DNA of 64,000 nucleotides. Source: an uncultured virus (IMG/VR IMGVR_UViG_3300008107_000058) (taxonomy: Duplodnaviria > Heunggongvirae > Uroviricota > Caudoviricetes). The number at the start of each line of letters is the position of its first letter. Position 1 is the stretch's first letter. Positions 21,721 through 32,344 of this stretch are shown piece after piece. A model generated the notes under the pieces. It did no database searches. It was given only the letters and a program-made list of their open reading frames with translations, and was not told the DNA's origin. The DNA is taken from IMG/VR virus record IMGVR_UViG_3300008107_000058; one strand, written 5' to 3'. Position numbers and translations under genes: made by a program.

Positions 21721-22873
21721 TTAACAGCAAGAGAATACGCTGCAAAAAGCTCCGTATGGAATAAATTTATTATTGCCACACGTGGTACAGTGTTTAATTC
21801 CCTCAGACGCTAAAACACCGGTTCCACTATTGCATGTTACAGTGGCGTTTCCCGCGGAGTCAGATACATACCATCCGAAAACAGGACTTGCATATCTGTA
21901 TGCTTCGTTTGCTGGACCGCCAGTATACCATCCAACATATACAGTCTCACCTATATGGGAAGCAAAATCATACTCTGGTACTGAACCTACAGGCGTTTCA
22001 TTGCAGGTACCTACGTTATAACAACTACCATAATCGCCATAGTTTGCATCAACATTCTCCCAAGATCCCGCTGATGCACTTGATGTTGTGCACCCTGGCT
22101 TAGAATAATTATAAGTTGCCAGATCTCCATATTTAAACGCATCCTGATCTTTACTTTGACATCCACATGTTCCACATCCAACTTGACTACAGGCTCGACT
22201 TGTAGTTGCATATATTTGATTATTTGGGCTCCTATTGACAGTCCATGCAACGGTTCCCGTTGAAGCTGAGCTGTAGTCTCCCCATCCAGCTGCGTTATAG
22301 GCAGCAGCTCTTACTTTGTAGGAGCTAGTTGCATGAGAATCTGCCCAAGCATTTCCCGTAGAGCTAGTAACACCTGCAGATGTAGATGCTGTTTCTGTAG
22401 CGGTACTCCAAGTTGTTCCTCCATCTGTAGAATACTGCCATCTATAATTTGTGATACTTAATCCATTATTTGAACCAGCTGTCCATGGAAAAGTGTGAGT
22501 AGTGCAACCATCTGTTATTGTTCCCATTGTTGGTGCAGCAGGGACGTTAGCTGTAGTTCCAGACCCAGTAGTAGAGCTACCAACTCCTACTGCATTTTTA
22601 GCCCTAACTAAAACTGACACAGAAGAGTTGTTTCCGTAGCCGCTTACTGTAAAAGGATTTGATGGTGCTGTTGTCCAACTAGATCCACCATTAGTTGAAT
22701 ATTCATATGATGTAATTGGTACTCCGGCCATCGTTAGCAGGAGCAGTATAGGTAACAGCCATTGAACCAGCTCCATTAATTGCTAAAGAAACTGATTGCG
22801 GAATTCCTGGTCTAAATCCTAAGGGAAATATTCTACCCCCTTTACCTGCTGACATGGATGATATGAAAGGCAT
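21721..22873 (-). CDS. FN3-repeat protein with Cys-rich C-terminus, about 383 aa, joined at CGGA (22723-22726)
   Basis: YTAPANDG-[CGGA]-VPITSYEYS restores the FN3 P..DGG.PIT.Y motif. Confidence 0.85.
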
Positions 22874-22882
22874 TAGATATCC

Positions 22883-23632
22883 TTAATAATTTAAACTGTA
22901 GCTACCAAGAACAGTCCATGCTGAACTTCTTCTTATTAAAGTAAAAGTAAATATATCTATTTTATTAATGTTTGGACTTGGAGCCGTATTTCCATTTGGC
23001 CATTTAATTGTTTGCACAGATCCGCCAACCTGCAAAACATTTGGATAACCAGCTGTTCCGCCTTGGGATATTACAACCGTTATAGTCATAGCATTTCCAT
23101 TGTCAACTGGAAGGTTAGTTATATTAAGAGTAAAGTTAGCTGTTGCGCTTGTGTAAAATATTGCGCCAGTTGCATAGTCGCAGGTTAAGACATTTGCCGA
23201 TATGGTGCCATCGGTTACTTTTTCTTTAATTTGTTGAAGAGCAATTTCATTAGAAAAAGTTGACAAACCAGAAGATGTTAACGGTCCAGTAAAGTTTGGT
23301 GTTGCTGCTGTTAGTGAAGTTAAGTTTCCAATAGAAGTTAAATGAGAGTGCGTAACCCCAGATCCCAATGAAGTGGCGGTTATAACATCTGCTCCATCTA
23401 TTTTATAAGTATGCCCGGAAGCAACATCAAAACTATCGTCTGTTTTTAATGTATTAGCAGCTGATCTATACAGTGTTGTATCTGCATTAGCAGACCCAGA
23501 AGACCACTTTAATTTTCCTCCAGCTTCAATAACAAAGTTTGGAGTAGCACTACTAAATGGTGCTATTTCTAAAGCTGTATCAGCTGCTGTAGAAAATTTT
23601 CTTGCTCTAAGCAAGTTATAAAAGTTTGGCAT
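22883..23632 (-). CDS. Tail-associated protein
   Basis: DTTLYRSAANTLKTDD motif; C-terminal domain shared with the 20517 gene. Confidence 0.7.
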   Translation of the reverse strand: MPNFYNLLRARKFSTAADTALEIAPFSSATPNFVIEAGGKLKWSSGSANADTTLYRSAANTLKTDDSFDVASGHTYKIDGADVITATSLGSGVTHSHLTSIGNLTSLTAATPNFTGPLTSSGLSTFSNEIALQQIKEKVTDGTISANVLTCDYATGAIFYTSATANFTLNITNLPVDNGNAMTITVVISQGGTAGYPNVLQVGGSVQTIKWPNGNTAPSPNINKIDIFTFTLIRRSSAWTVLGSYSLNY

Positions 23633-23674
23633 GGCCTCAACCATTCCTTTCTATATATAGATAATCCCTCAAGA

Positions 23675-26600
23675 TTATTCAACATTCATTGCTATTTTTA
23701 TTTCTACGTCTCTTGTGTTCGATGAAGATGAAACAGTGCCTGGTACAAACTTTGTTCCATTAAAAACTAAACCTTGACCAGAAGATGCACTAGATGGATC
23801 TATTTCTATTGAATTGACAAAAAGACTTAGCAAATTAGCAACTGATGTAATCGTAATTCCTGGGGAATTTATTTCCCCTGAAACGTTTAACGCACCAAAA
23901 GTAGGCGTAGCTGAATTCGCAACGTCTTGCCCAATTGCAATTGTTGGAGTTGCACCTTCGCCACTGTTATTAGTTATAATCACACCAGTACCAGCGACTA
24001 AAGACTTAGTATACTCTCCAACGGTGTCTGTTGAAAGATTTACTGGATCATTAATCCATTCAGATCCGTTGTATCTTAAGAAATCTCCAGTATCTAGTCC
24101 GCTTAACGAAACGTCAGTTAGGCCACCAATAGAAGTTGAGGCAACACCACTTAGGGCTGCATAAACCATTACATATACGGAGTCTAAAGCTGGTTCACTA
24201 TCAAAGTAGAGTGTAAGTTTATTTGTTGTAGTAGATTCCCAAGCTACGTCATATATTTCATATGGCGAACTTGCATTTCTAACTTGTACAAAAATATCCC
24301 TTGTACCCATACCATGGTTTACTTCTATCGTTGAATCTATGCCATTGCCGTGGTAGCCAGAATACATAGATCCAGATAATGAAGGATAAGACACTCCACT
24401 AACTGCCCCATACACAGCGACTCTAACAGAATTTGAAGAAGGCGCTGAATCAAAATAAACAGTAAGAGTATTTAAAGTTGTTGCTTCCCAAGTAGTATTA
24501 ATTGCAGAGTATGGGGAAACGGCTTCAGTGATAGAGACTACTACATCTCTAGTCGATAAACCATGTGTTAATGTAAATGTAGAAGTTGAACCATCGCCTA
24601 TTGTTGATACATAAACGCTACCGCCTGCACCAGATGGAGCATTGGCGTTAACCCAATTGGTTCCATCATATTTAAGAACTTGATTTGGCGTTGCAGAATC
24701 AATAACTACATCAGTTAAGTCATCTAATGAAGCAACAGTAGATGCTACTCCTGGTATATATTTATTTAGGCTAGCATCGTATTTTAATACATTGGTATCA
24801 GATGGAGTAGCTGCATCTATTTCTATTCCATCAAGAATAATACTTGAAGCTGTAACAGCTCCAGATACAGTTAAAGATGCTGCGGTGCGAGTTCCATCCG
24901 CAAGTAAATATTGAGTATGGTCATCGTCTTGAAGTCCAGTCATTAAACCGTGATCAGATACTGCAGTTGCAGCTCCGCCTATACCTGCACTAATAATTTG
25001 CCTGAGGTCTAATAGATTAACAAATCTTGTTTTAGGAGAGTTTGCATAGGCAGTTGCTGTTTGGAATACTATTTTGTACAGTGGCCTAAATTCAACAATA
25101 GGAAAACCACCTAGGTCTAGATCGTCCCAAATTGAAGCTTCTGCTGAACCCTGATCTGTATATTGAGCTTGACCCATTATTGAAATAATAGGTTCATTTA
25201 AATTATTTGTTGCTACAACAAACATTACTCCATATTTAGAGTTATCTATAGCACTTGCTGACCAAGTGCCGGCAGTATTTAAGTTAAACTGTGCTCGTGT
25301 TCCACCATTTTTAACAGGAAACTGAGTAGCTACATCTTTTGTCCAGTGATTATTTAATCTATAAAAAACTGGTATGTACGCACCTGATTGAAGCCTCTGT
25401 TGCCAAGTGTTTGTAGTTGGAGATGAAGCGTGCTCAATATCTACTTGAAGATCTTCATCAAAGAATGTGCCATTAGCTATGTCTATTTTAGCATGAGCGT
25501 CTAGTGAGCCATCTCCAACTAAGGTGTAGTTATTTGCGCCAAAACCGTTTGCAATTGCTGCACCACGAGTTCTGTGTAGGTATTCATGAGTTGCCCAGTC
25601 AAGGGTTACGCCATGTCTCTCATCTGCAAAAAAGTATGCCTTATTGTCATTTTCATTCCAATAAACATATGCTGTTGGAGTGTCTTGATCCCATGTAAAG
25701 AATGTGGTCTTGTAGGCAAGGGATCCAGATGAGTTAAAGTAAATATAATACAAACCAGATGTATCTGGTATGGTTACTGATTCAGTAGATGTTTTAACGT
25801 ATCTTTTTCCTGTGCACCAAACGGTATATGAAGTTGATACTGGCGCAATAGAGAACTGTCTTGAACCCTCATCGAAAGATATAACGCTATCAGCTTTATT
25901 TTCATGACCAATTGGCTCAGAAGATGGTCGAACTGTATTCACCCAAGCTGTGCCGTCATATTCTAATATCTGACCATTTTGAGCTGATGTTATTGTTAAG
26001 TCGGAAAGATCATTAATGCTTCCGCTAAAAGAAATATTTGGTGTTGCGGCTTCGCCGGAATTATTTGTAATTGTAATTCCAGTTCCAGCTGCAAGCTTAG
26101 CAACGTAGTCGCCAACAGTATCTGTAGTTAAATTAACCGGATCATTAATCCAACCTGAACCGTTATACCTTAGGAAGTCCCCATTAGCAGGATCTGTAAT
26201 AACTACGTCTGATAAGTCTGATATTTCATGATTAGATATATCAGATACAGTACCAGTTACATCTCCGGTAAGATCGGCATTTACTGTATTGAAAGTAACG
26301 GTATCAGTAGTGGCGACTGGCTGACCTATTGCAATCGTTGGCGTCGCACCTTCGCCAGAGTTATTGGTAATTGTTACTCCGGTACCAGCGATTAGATTCT
26401 TAGTGTAGTCACCAACAGTATCCGTAGTTAAATCTATTGCGTCATTAACCCACGATGTACCGTTCCACTTTAAGAATTGTCCGCTACTTGGCGTTGCGTC
26501 TACATCGTTTAAAGCATTGATTCCATGGTTTGTTATGTCAGAAACTTGACCAGTTACATTACCTGTCACACTGCCCGTTAAATTACCAGTGACATTTCCC

Positions 26601-27220
26601 GTAACGTTTCCAGTAACATTGCCAGTAATTGGGGCGACTACCCTGGCAAAAGTTGGTGTTGCACTAACTGATACGTCCTGGCCAATTGATACTGTAGGGG
26701 TTGCGCCCTCTCCAGATGACATGGATACAGTAACGCCAGTGCCAGCTGCAATGCTTTTAACATACTCGCCAACTGTGTGTAAACCTAATGTAACTGAGTT
26801 TTCTATAATTGAATTTAAATCAAGATATGTTGTTCCATCGTTTGTAAACTGCCATTTATTATCAAGCTCATTCCACCTAATTAAAACATTAGGTTCAGAA
26901 CCTCTTTCAACTTCAATGCCAGCATTTAATACTGGAGCACCAGTAAAATTTGAATTTAAAACAAGTATATTATCTTCAATTAAAACTTGTGAGACATTAA
27001 GGCTTACTGTATCTCCCTGGATTATTAAGTCACCAGAAACAGTTAAGTCTGAATCTATAAGTACTTCGTCATCGGTACTGATATTAGAAACGTCGTTTCT
27101 TAACCAGGACCATGTAGTGGCAACCAAGTCACCATTATCATCCTTATAGTAGACGACGCCATTTACAGGGTCTAGAGCAATCTGACCCTGCGATATATTA
27201 GGAGGTACTGGTAATGACAT
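23675..27220 (-). CDS. Long tail-fibre-like protein with internal repeats
   Basis: Repeated TDTVGDY..L.AGTG.TITNNSGEGATP, L.YNG..W.N and GNVT units. Confidence 0.8.
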   Translation of the reverse strand: MSLPVPPNISQGQIALDPVNGVVYYKDDNGDLVATTWSWLRNDVSNISTDDEVLIDSDLTVSGDLIIQGDTVSLNVSQVLIEDNILVLNSNFTGAPVLNAGIEVERGSEPNVLIRWNELDNKWQFTNDGTTYLDLNSIIENSVTLGLHTVGEYVKSIAAGTGVTVSMSSGEGATPTVSIGQDVSVSATPTFARVVAPITGNVTGNVTGNVTGNLTGSVTGNVTGQVSDITNHGINALNDVDATPSSGQFLKWNGTSWVNDAIDLTTDTVGDYTKNLIAGTGVTITNNSGEGATPTIAIGQPVATTDTVTFNTVNADLTGDVTGTVSDISNHEISDLSDVVITDPANGDFLRYNGSGWINDPVNLTTDTVGDYVAKLAAGTGITITNNSGEAATPNISFSGSINDLSDLTITSAQNGQILEYDGTAWVNTVRPSSEPIGHENKADSVISFDEGSRQFSIAPVSTSYTVWCTGKRYVKTSTESVTIPDTSGLYYIYFNSSGSLAYKTTFFTWDQDTPTAYVYWNENDNKAYFFADERHGVTLDWATHEYLHRTRGAAIANGFGANNYTLVGDGSLDAHAKIDIANGTFFDEDLQVDIEHASSPTTNTWQQRLQSGAYIPVFYRLNNHWTKDVATQFPVKNGGTRAQFNLNTAGTWSASAIDNSKYGVMFVVATNNLNEPIISIMGQAQYTDQGSAEASIWDDLDLGGFPIVEFRPLYKIVFQTATAYANSPKTRFVNLLDLRQIISAGIGGAATAVSDHGLMTGLQDDDHTQYLLADGTRTAASLTVSGAVTASSIILDGIEIDAATPSDTNVLKYDASLNKYIPGVASTVASLDDLTDVVIDSATPNQVLKYDGTNWVNANAPSGAGGSVYVSTIGDGSTSTFTLTHGLSTRDVVVSITEAVSPYSAINTTWEATTLNTLTVYFDSAPSSNSVRVAVYGAVSGVSYPSLSGSMYSGYHGNGIDSTIEVNHGMGTRDIFVQVRNASSPYEIYDVAWESTTTNKLTLYFDSEPALDSVYVMVYAALSGVASTSIGGLTDVSLSGLDTGDFLRYNGSEWINDPVNLSTDTVGEYTKSLVAGTGVIITNNSGEGATPTIAIGQDVANSATPTFGALNVSGEINSPGITITSVANLLSLFVNSIEIDPSSASSGQGLVFNGTKFVPGTVSSSSNTRDVEIKIAMNVE

Positions 27221-27230
27221 TAACTAATCC

Positions 27231-27480
27231 TTATTCTGGTTTAGAAGCCTTCTTATCGACTTTGTTAAAAACCTGATTAATTTCTGTTGCGGATAATTTA
27301 CCATCATCTAAGAAAGCTCTTGATAAACCTTCAACTACGGTTGCAACTCCTGCCATTCCGCGCCATAAAACAAGCCTTCCATAAGGGCACACCGGCTATG
27401 GCTCCAGCTCCTATGACACTTAATCCTGACGCAGCAAATGTTGCTACTATCCTTAACAAAATATTACTTACTGTTTTCAC
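27231..27480 (-). CDS. Small membrane protein (holin-like), about 82 aa, joined at CGGA (27357-27360)
   Basis: AGGAGG RBS plus GTG; ...WKACFMA-[CGGA]-MAGVATVVEGLSRAFLDDGKLS; absent from the ORF track. Confidence 0.75.
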
Positions 27481-27536
27481 TTTCCCTCCTATAGTAATGA
27501 ATTATTCTTATTCTTGTTTCTTTTGTCTATAATCCT

Positions 27537-28929
27537 TTATCTTTTAATTTTAAGAACTGACATACCAAATAACACTAGCCCGATCGCTATTAAGACCCAA
27601 GCAAAAACACTAGTCCCAGTTTTAGGTAGTGGGCCATGACTATGGCTACTGTGGTCGTGAACTGTAGTAGTTGGAGCTATAGCCTCAGAGGTTGTGGTAA
27701 CCTGCTCTGTGGTTGTTGGGGCAACCGATGTCACTACTGGTGCGGGCACCGTGGTTGGGGCACTGGTTGTAGTAGGGGCTAATGTAGTTGTTGCTTCAAC
27801 TGTGGTGGTAGGAGCAGCTGTGGTGGTAGGGGCAGCTGTAGTAGTAGTTGGAGGATTCCAATTAACTGTAGCTGATACCGTTTTAGCTACTCCATTTACA
27901 GTTGCCGTAGCAGTGTAAACGGCTGTACCTTGAGTATTTGTTCTTACGGTTATTGTGGCAACTCCTGAAGCATTAGTGGTAGCCGTTAATGTCTGGCCAG
28001 CATCTGGCCCACTGCTAACAGTGATAGTCACGGTAACCCCAGCTTGGGCGACACCTGCAAGAGTTTGAGCAGTTGCAGTAATCGTCAAGTCTTCACCAGC
28101 GTTTGGTGACGCAGGACTGATGGCAAGAGTAAAAGAACTAGGTAGAGACACAGACCCCCCACCAATAGACACTGCTTTGCGAGTATCTGATGCACTTGGA
28201 TATGGATAGTCAACAAGTGTTTTAAGTGTTCCAACATTGCCTGTAAAATATCCATGCCAGCAAGCGGCGACGATTGTGTTGTTTAAGTTGAAGTCTGCAA
28301 TTCCGTCTGCTGTTGCCTCTGGTCCACCATTGCATCCACCATTATTAAATACAGCACTAGGAAGAAGTGCTGTTAGCCAGCCATATGTTCCATTATTCGC
28401 AAAAAGACCTCCACCAGAGTTAACGAAGTCAGCAATTTTTTCTGCGTTTGCAGTGAATATTGCTTCTGTTGCACTAGAACGGCTCCAGTTATCCGGAATC
28501 CAAATCATTGCAGGTTGCGCCGAAGTTATGGTTGATGAAAAGAAAGAACTAATCTGAGCATTTGTTGTGTAGAAATCAACACTTGGAGCAGTAGTAAATT
28601 CACCAAGGTATTGGGGAAGTTTTGCAGCCCAAGCGGCACCACATGAGTTTGTGCCACCGTTTGAACCAAGGATGGCAATATGTCCATTGTTTGGATTGAC
28701 TGATCCTGCATGAACTTTTTTAAGAACACGTGCAATATAAAGACCAGTAGATTCATACCCTGAGTGACATACTGGATCCATTCCGTCAAGAACAATTGGT
28801 CCGTCCACCGGTGGTAGCTAAAGCAGGTGCCCCTGCAATAAGAAATTCATTCTTTGACTTGTCAAAAGACACAATATTAGTTCCAAGAAGTACACCTAAG
28901 AATACTAAAACTAAACCTAACTTTTTCAA
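27537..28929 (-). CDS. Secreted/surface protein with Ig-like domain, PT linker and LPKTG anchor, about 463 aa, joined at CGGA (28800-28803)
   Basis: Signal-peptide-like MKKLGLVLVFLGVLL in the upstream frame; LPKTG, TM segment and KIKR tail. Confidence 0.8.
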
Positions 28930-28940
28930 TTGAGTTCCCC

Positions 28941-31514
28941 TCACTCGTCATTTTCTAGCATTGCACTTATATAGTGCACTGCAAAAGCAACGCTGGTTGC
29001 TATGATTGTTATTGTTCTTGTCTCTCCAGATAAAGTAGCGAATACTACTACGCTTCCAGATATTGTAAACGCAAGAGCTGCTGTCTCTTTTGAAAATTTT
29101 TTGATAAAGCCCCAAGGACTAAATCTTTTTATCATTGTTCCCTCCTGATATTTGAATATACTATTTCTAGTAAAGTTATTTTCTTCTTCGTCCCCTTCTG
29201 GGCCTTCTATTTCAGTGTCTTCTTCTTCATCTTCGCCATCTGGATTTTCATCTTCCCTGCGGCCACTTGAATTTCCTCCGTCACCTGGGCCTCCACTAGA
29301 ACCACCTGGGCCTCCGCTAGGACCTTTGGAACCTCCCCCCGAACCACCTGATGGACCAGCTGACCCGGCAACGCCGGCTGTAGCTGCAGTTAACGCAGCA
29401 CTAGCTGCTAACAAAGTTCTACGAGAACCTACGTCTACATTAGAGCCAACTGGAACATAGTCATCTAAACCATCTGCATAGACGTTAATTGTTTCCTCAA
29501 AAGCATTCTTAATTTCTTCGGGAGCATCAGTTACAGCTTCAACAAGTGCTGCCTCTTCTTCTGCAGTGAGTTCGCCCACTGGAATTTCGTCAAAGATCTC
29601 TGCAGCTTGGTCTCCATCAATACTTTCCAAGACCTTCTCACTAGTAGCAAGTTCGGTAGCTTGGTCTTCAGTGACACCATTTTCTAAGATATTGTCAACG
29701 GCATCAGCAACTTGATCTTCACTAATATTATCTGATTCCAATATGTCAACAACTTCAGCAAATTGCTCATCAGTAAGAGGGGAGTCTAAAACTGCATCAA
29801 TTACTTCAGCAAATTTTTCGTCAGATAATGATTCAGTAAACACCGCATCCAAAGCTGCACTTAATTGTTCGGTTGTAAGATCATCACTAAAGACTGAGTC
29901 AACAACGGCAGCGAACTCTTCGCTATTCATAGGTCCATCAAAAAGAGATGTAACTAATGCTGCAATTTCTTCTGGAGACTCTGCATTTGCTATGGCGTCT
30001 GTTACGGCTGCACCGAGTTCATCTGGGTTATCAGCATTATTAAATATATCAGCGACCGCATCATCCGCTGTAGTTTGTGTTTCTTCTGGAATGCTTACTT
30101 CTGGAATTGTTTCATTTGGTAAGTCCTCTGGTTCTGGAACTGATACTGGAGTTGTATCTATTTCTGGAGTTGAAACTGGAGTTGGATCTAGATCAGGAAT
30201 TGAAACAGTAGTATTTTCTGTTGGAAGCGTCTCAACAGGAGGGGCAATAATCTCTGGTTCAGTGGTAGTGGTAGTGGTATTAGTGGTGGTAGTTACGGGA
30301 CCATATTTTAAAACTACTGAAAGATGCTTGGGTGTTCCCCCACATGGATCACCAAAAACTCCATTGTCAGCAGAAATAGTTGCTGATGTTTTTCCTATAA
30401 ATGCTACCTGAACTTCAGTAATAGAAGATGAAGAGTCGCAATTGGAAGTCCTGTATAAACCATTTGATCCAGTTGGTGTTCCATAGCTAGCAAAAAGAAC
30501 TTCAGTAAATTCATTTCCATTTGGTGCGGTTAAAGTAAGGTCTGAACCTTCGCCAGCCGTACCCCACTCTGTATCATTCAACGAATAAGTAATTGGAGGA
30601 AGGGTAGTCGTAGTGGGCTCAATTAGTTCTATCTCTACAGTTGTAACAGGGCCATATAAGCATGATCCCTGACCTTCGCCAACACATGGTGCAGTTCCTG
30701 CACTTACAGTAAACCTGGTATCACCATAACCTGAGGTATCTGAACCTAAATTTATTGTTGCAGTCAAAACGTTACCATAAGTCCAGATGCCCCAACCTCC
30801 AGTTTGCTCTCCAGAGTCCATTTCAAACCAAGTAATATTCCACATATACGGATCTATATTGCTAGCGGAACCAGGCTCCCACGAAAGGGTTACAGCGTTT
30901 CCAGAAGCTGATGCACTTAGATTTGCTGGAGGATTAAAATACGGCGCTAATGTTGTTGTGGTCGTTGGTACTACTTGGGTTTTTGTAAATGCAGAAGCTG
31001 GAACAGTTTCCCAACCATTTCCTATATTCCAATACAAAGTGGTCCATGCTCCACCACCATTTTCATAAAACCAAAAAGTTAATTCTTTTGAAACTCCTGC
31101 GGTAAATTGTTGAGGAGCTGTAGGGTTTCCTCCACCACCTTTATCTCTCCAGTTGTCGTCGATTAATACGCCATCTAAAATTAACTTATTTCCGTCATCT
31201 GCAGTTGGCAGGAAAGAAATTGCACCAGTAATTGGAGAGGTTATATGTCCTTCATATTTAACGAGAAAATCTTCATATAATCCAAAAAGCGGAGAAGAAT
31301 CAAAATCTTGATCAATATTAGCAACTGTCATTGTGCCAACTGCTGGCCTACCAGAGACATCAGGCAAGGGGGGAGAGCCGTTATAACCAAAATTATTATA
31401 AACAGTTACGTTAAGACCAGGCTCTGTAGTTGCCTTAGAAGAAGATGGAAATACAAATACGACCGCAAAAAGTACAGCTAGAATCCAAGATCCGCGACGT
31501 GGTTTTATACGCAT
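28941..31514 (-). CDS. Surface protein with PA14-like and galactose/rhamnose-lectin-like domains, acidic stalk and C-terminal TM segments
   Basis: ADDG..L.LDG...FYENGGGA; FASYGTPTG...FGDPCGGTPKHL. Confidence 0.8.
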   Translation of the reverse strand: MRIKPRRGSWILAVLFAVVFVFPSSSKATTEPGLNVTVYNNFGYNGSPPLPDVSGRPAVGTMTVANIDQDFDSSPLFGLYEDFLVKYEGHITSPITGAISFLPTADDGNKLILDGVLIDDNWRDKGGGGNPTAPQQFTAGVSKELTFWFYENGGGAWTTLYWNIGNGWETVPASAFTKTQVVPTTTTTLAPYFNPPANLSASASGNAVTLSWEPGSASNIDPYMWNITWFEMDSGEQTGGWGIWTYGNVLTATINLGSDTSGYGDTRFTVSAGTAPCVGEGQGSCLYGPVTTVEIELIEPTTTTLPPITYSLNDTEWGTAGEGSDLTLTAPNGNEFTEVLFASYGTPTGSNGLYRTSNCDSSSSITEVQVAFIGKTSATISADNGVFGDPCGGTPKHLSVVLKYGPVTTTTNTTTTTTEPEIIAPPVETLPTENTTVSIPDLDPTPVSTPEIDTTPVSVPEPEDLPNETIPEVSIPEETQTTADDAVADIFNNADNPDELGAAVTDAIANAESPEEIAALVTSLFDGPMNSEEFAAVVDSVFSDDLTTEQLSAALDAVFTESLSDEKFAEVIDAVLDSPLTDEQFAEVVDILESDNISEDQVADAVDNILENGVTEDQATELATSEKVLESIDGDQAAEIFDEIPVGELTAEEEAALVEAVTDAPEEIKNAFEETINVYADGLDDYVPVGSNVDVGSRRTLLAASAALTAATAGVAGSAGPSGGSGGGSKGPSGGPGGSSGGPGDGGNSSGRREDENPDGEDEEEDTEIEGPEGDEEENNFTRNSIFKYQEGTMIKRFSPWGFIKKFSKETAALAFTISGSVVVFATLSGETRTITIIATSVAFAVHYISAMLENDE

Positions 31515-31540
31515 TATTACCCCTCCAGGTAGACATTATC

Positions 31541-31548
31541 TATAGTAA
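31541..31548 (-). promoter_or_regulatory. TTACTATA motif
   Basis: About 27 nt upstream of ATG 31514. Confidence 0.55.
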
Positions 31549-31575
31549 GGGGTGTGCGGGTTTTTTGCGGCGGCC

Positions 31576-31617
31576 AAAAAAGGGGAAAGCCCCAGTGACT
31601 TTTACATCACTGGGGCT
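31576..31617 (-). terminator. Intrinsic terminator hairpin
   Basis: 11-bp stem AGCCCCAGTGA/TCACTGGGGCT followed by TTCCCCTTTTTT on the - strand. Confidence 0.75.
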
Positions 31618-31792
31618 AGCACCGGCCTCCGTTGCAAGAAAGATATTATACCAGCTACTTAGTCAATTCCCTCATCGAAATCAGATTTCTCTAGAAAAGA
31701 ACTTATTATTCTACATAAAGCTATAGGTAAGAATATGAATCCAATCACCGCAAAAACTGTGATCTTAATCATAAATATCTTTGGCGTTAAAA

Positions 31793-32311
31793 TTAAGCCT
31801 GGCCAGGCTTAGGCAAAGCTCTCCACGCTGCTTCAAACTTTGCTGCGTCTGCTGCCATTTCTGGAGAAAGTTCAATATGCAACCACTTGCCACCTTGTGA
31901 ACCAGCGTTTTCTTTTGCATCATAGATCTTGACACCCTTTTCGCCTTCTCCTCTTGAGCAGCGGTATCCACGACCCCAGCCAAGGACCTTGTCCTTAACA
32001 TTTGCATCGTAGGCATAGTCGTGAAGCTCTTCAATTCCAAGCTCCTTAGTATATGTCATGAACCAATTCCAGGCCTCAACAGCCTTCTTACGATCTGTAT
32101 AGCCAATGTCGCAAGCTCTACCAGTGGCGTGAACGGACAACCACTTTGGGTCACCCTTAGTCGCTTTAGGATTATTCATAGAACGATTGGCGAAGATGCC
32201 AAGGTTACTAAAACCCCAACGCTTTTTACAAAACTCAACAAGCTTTTCTGTGCCTGGTTTTGCGCCGTCTTTACTAAGACCATCTTTGTTACCAGTATAT
32301 ACTCTGGGCAT
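31793..32311 (-). CDS. Zn-peptidase (M15-like) cell-wall hydrolase / endolysin
   Basis: R...SVHATGRACD...WLHIE. Confidence 0.75.
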   Translation of the reverse strand: MPRVYTGNKDGLSKDGAKPGTEKLVEFCKKRWGFSNLGIFANRSMNNPKATKGDPKWLSVHATGRACDIGYTDRKKAVEAWNWFMTYTKELGIEELHDYAYDANVKDKVLGWGRGYRCSRGEGEKGVKIYDAKENAGSQGGKWLHIELSPEMAADAAKFEAAWRALPKPGQA

Positions 32312-32344
32312 TTGTCTCTCCTTTTTAATTTAAGATTAAGATAA

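Noticed and set aside
23814..31068. Long + strand ORFs antisense to the tail and surface genes
   Set aside because: Shadow ORFs of low-complexity Thr/Ser/Gly-rich coding sequence
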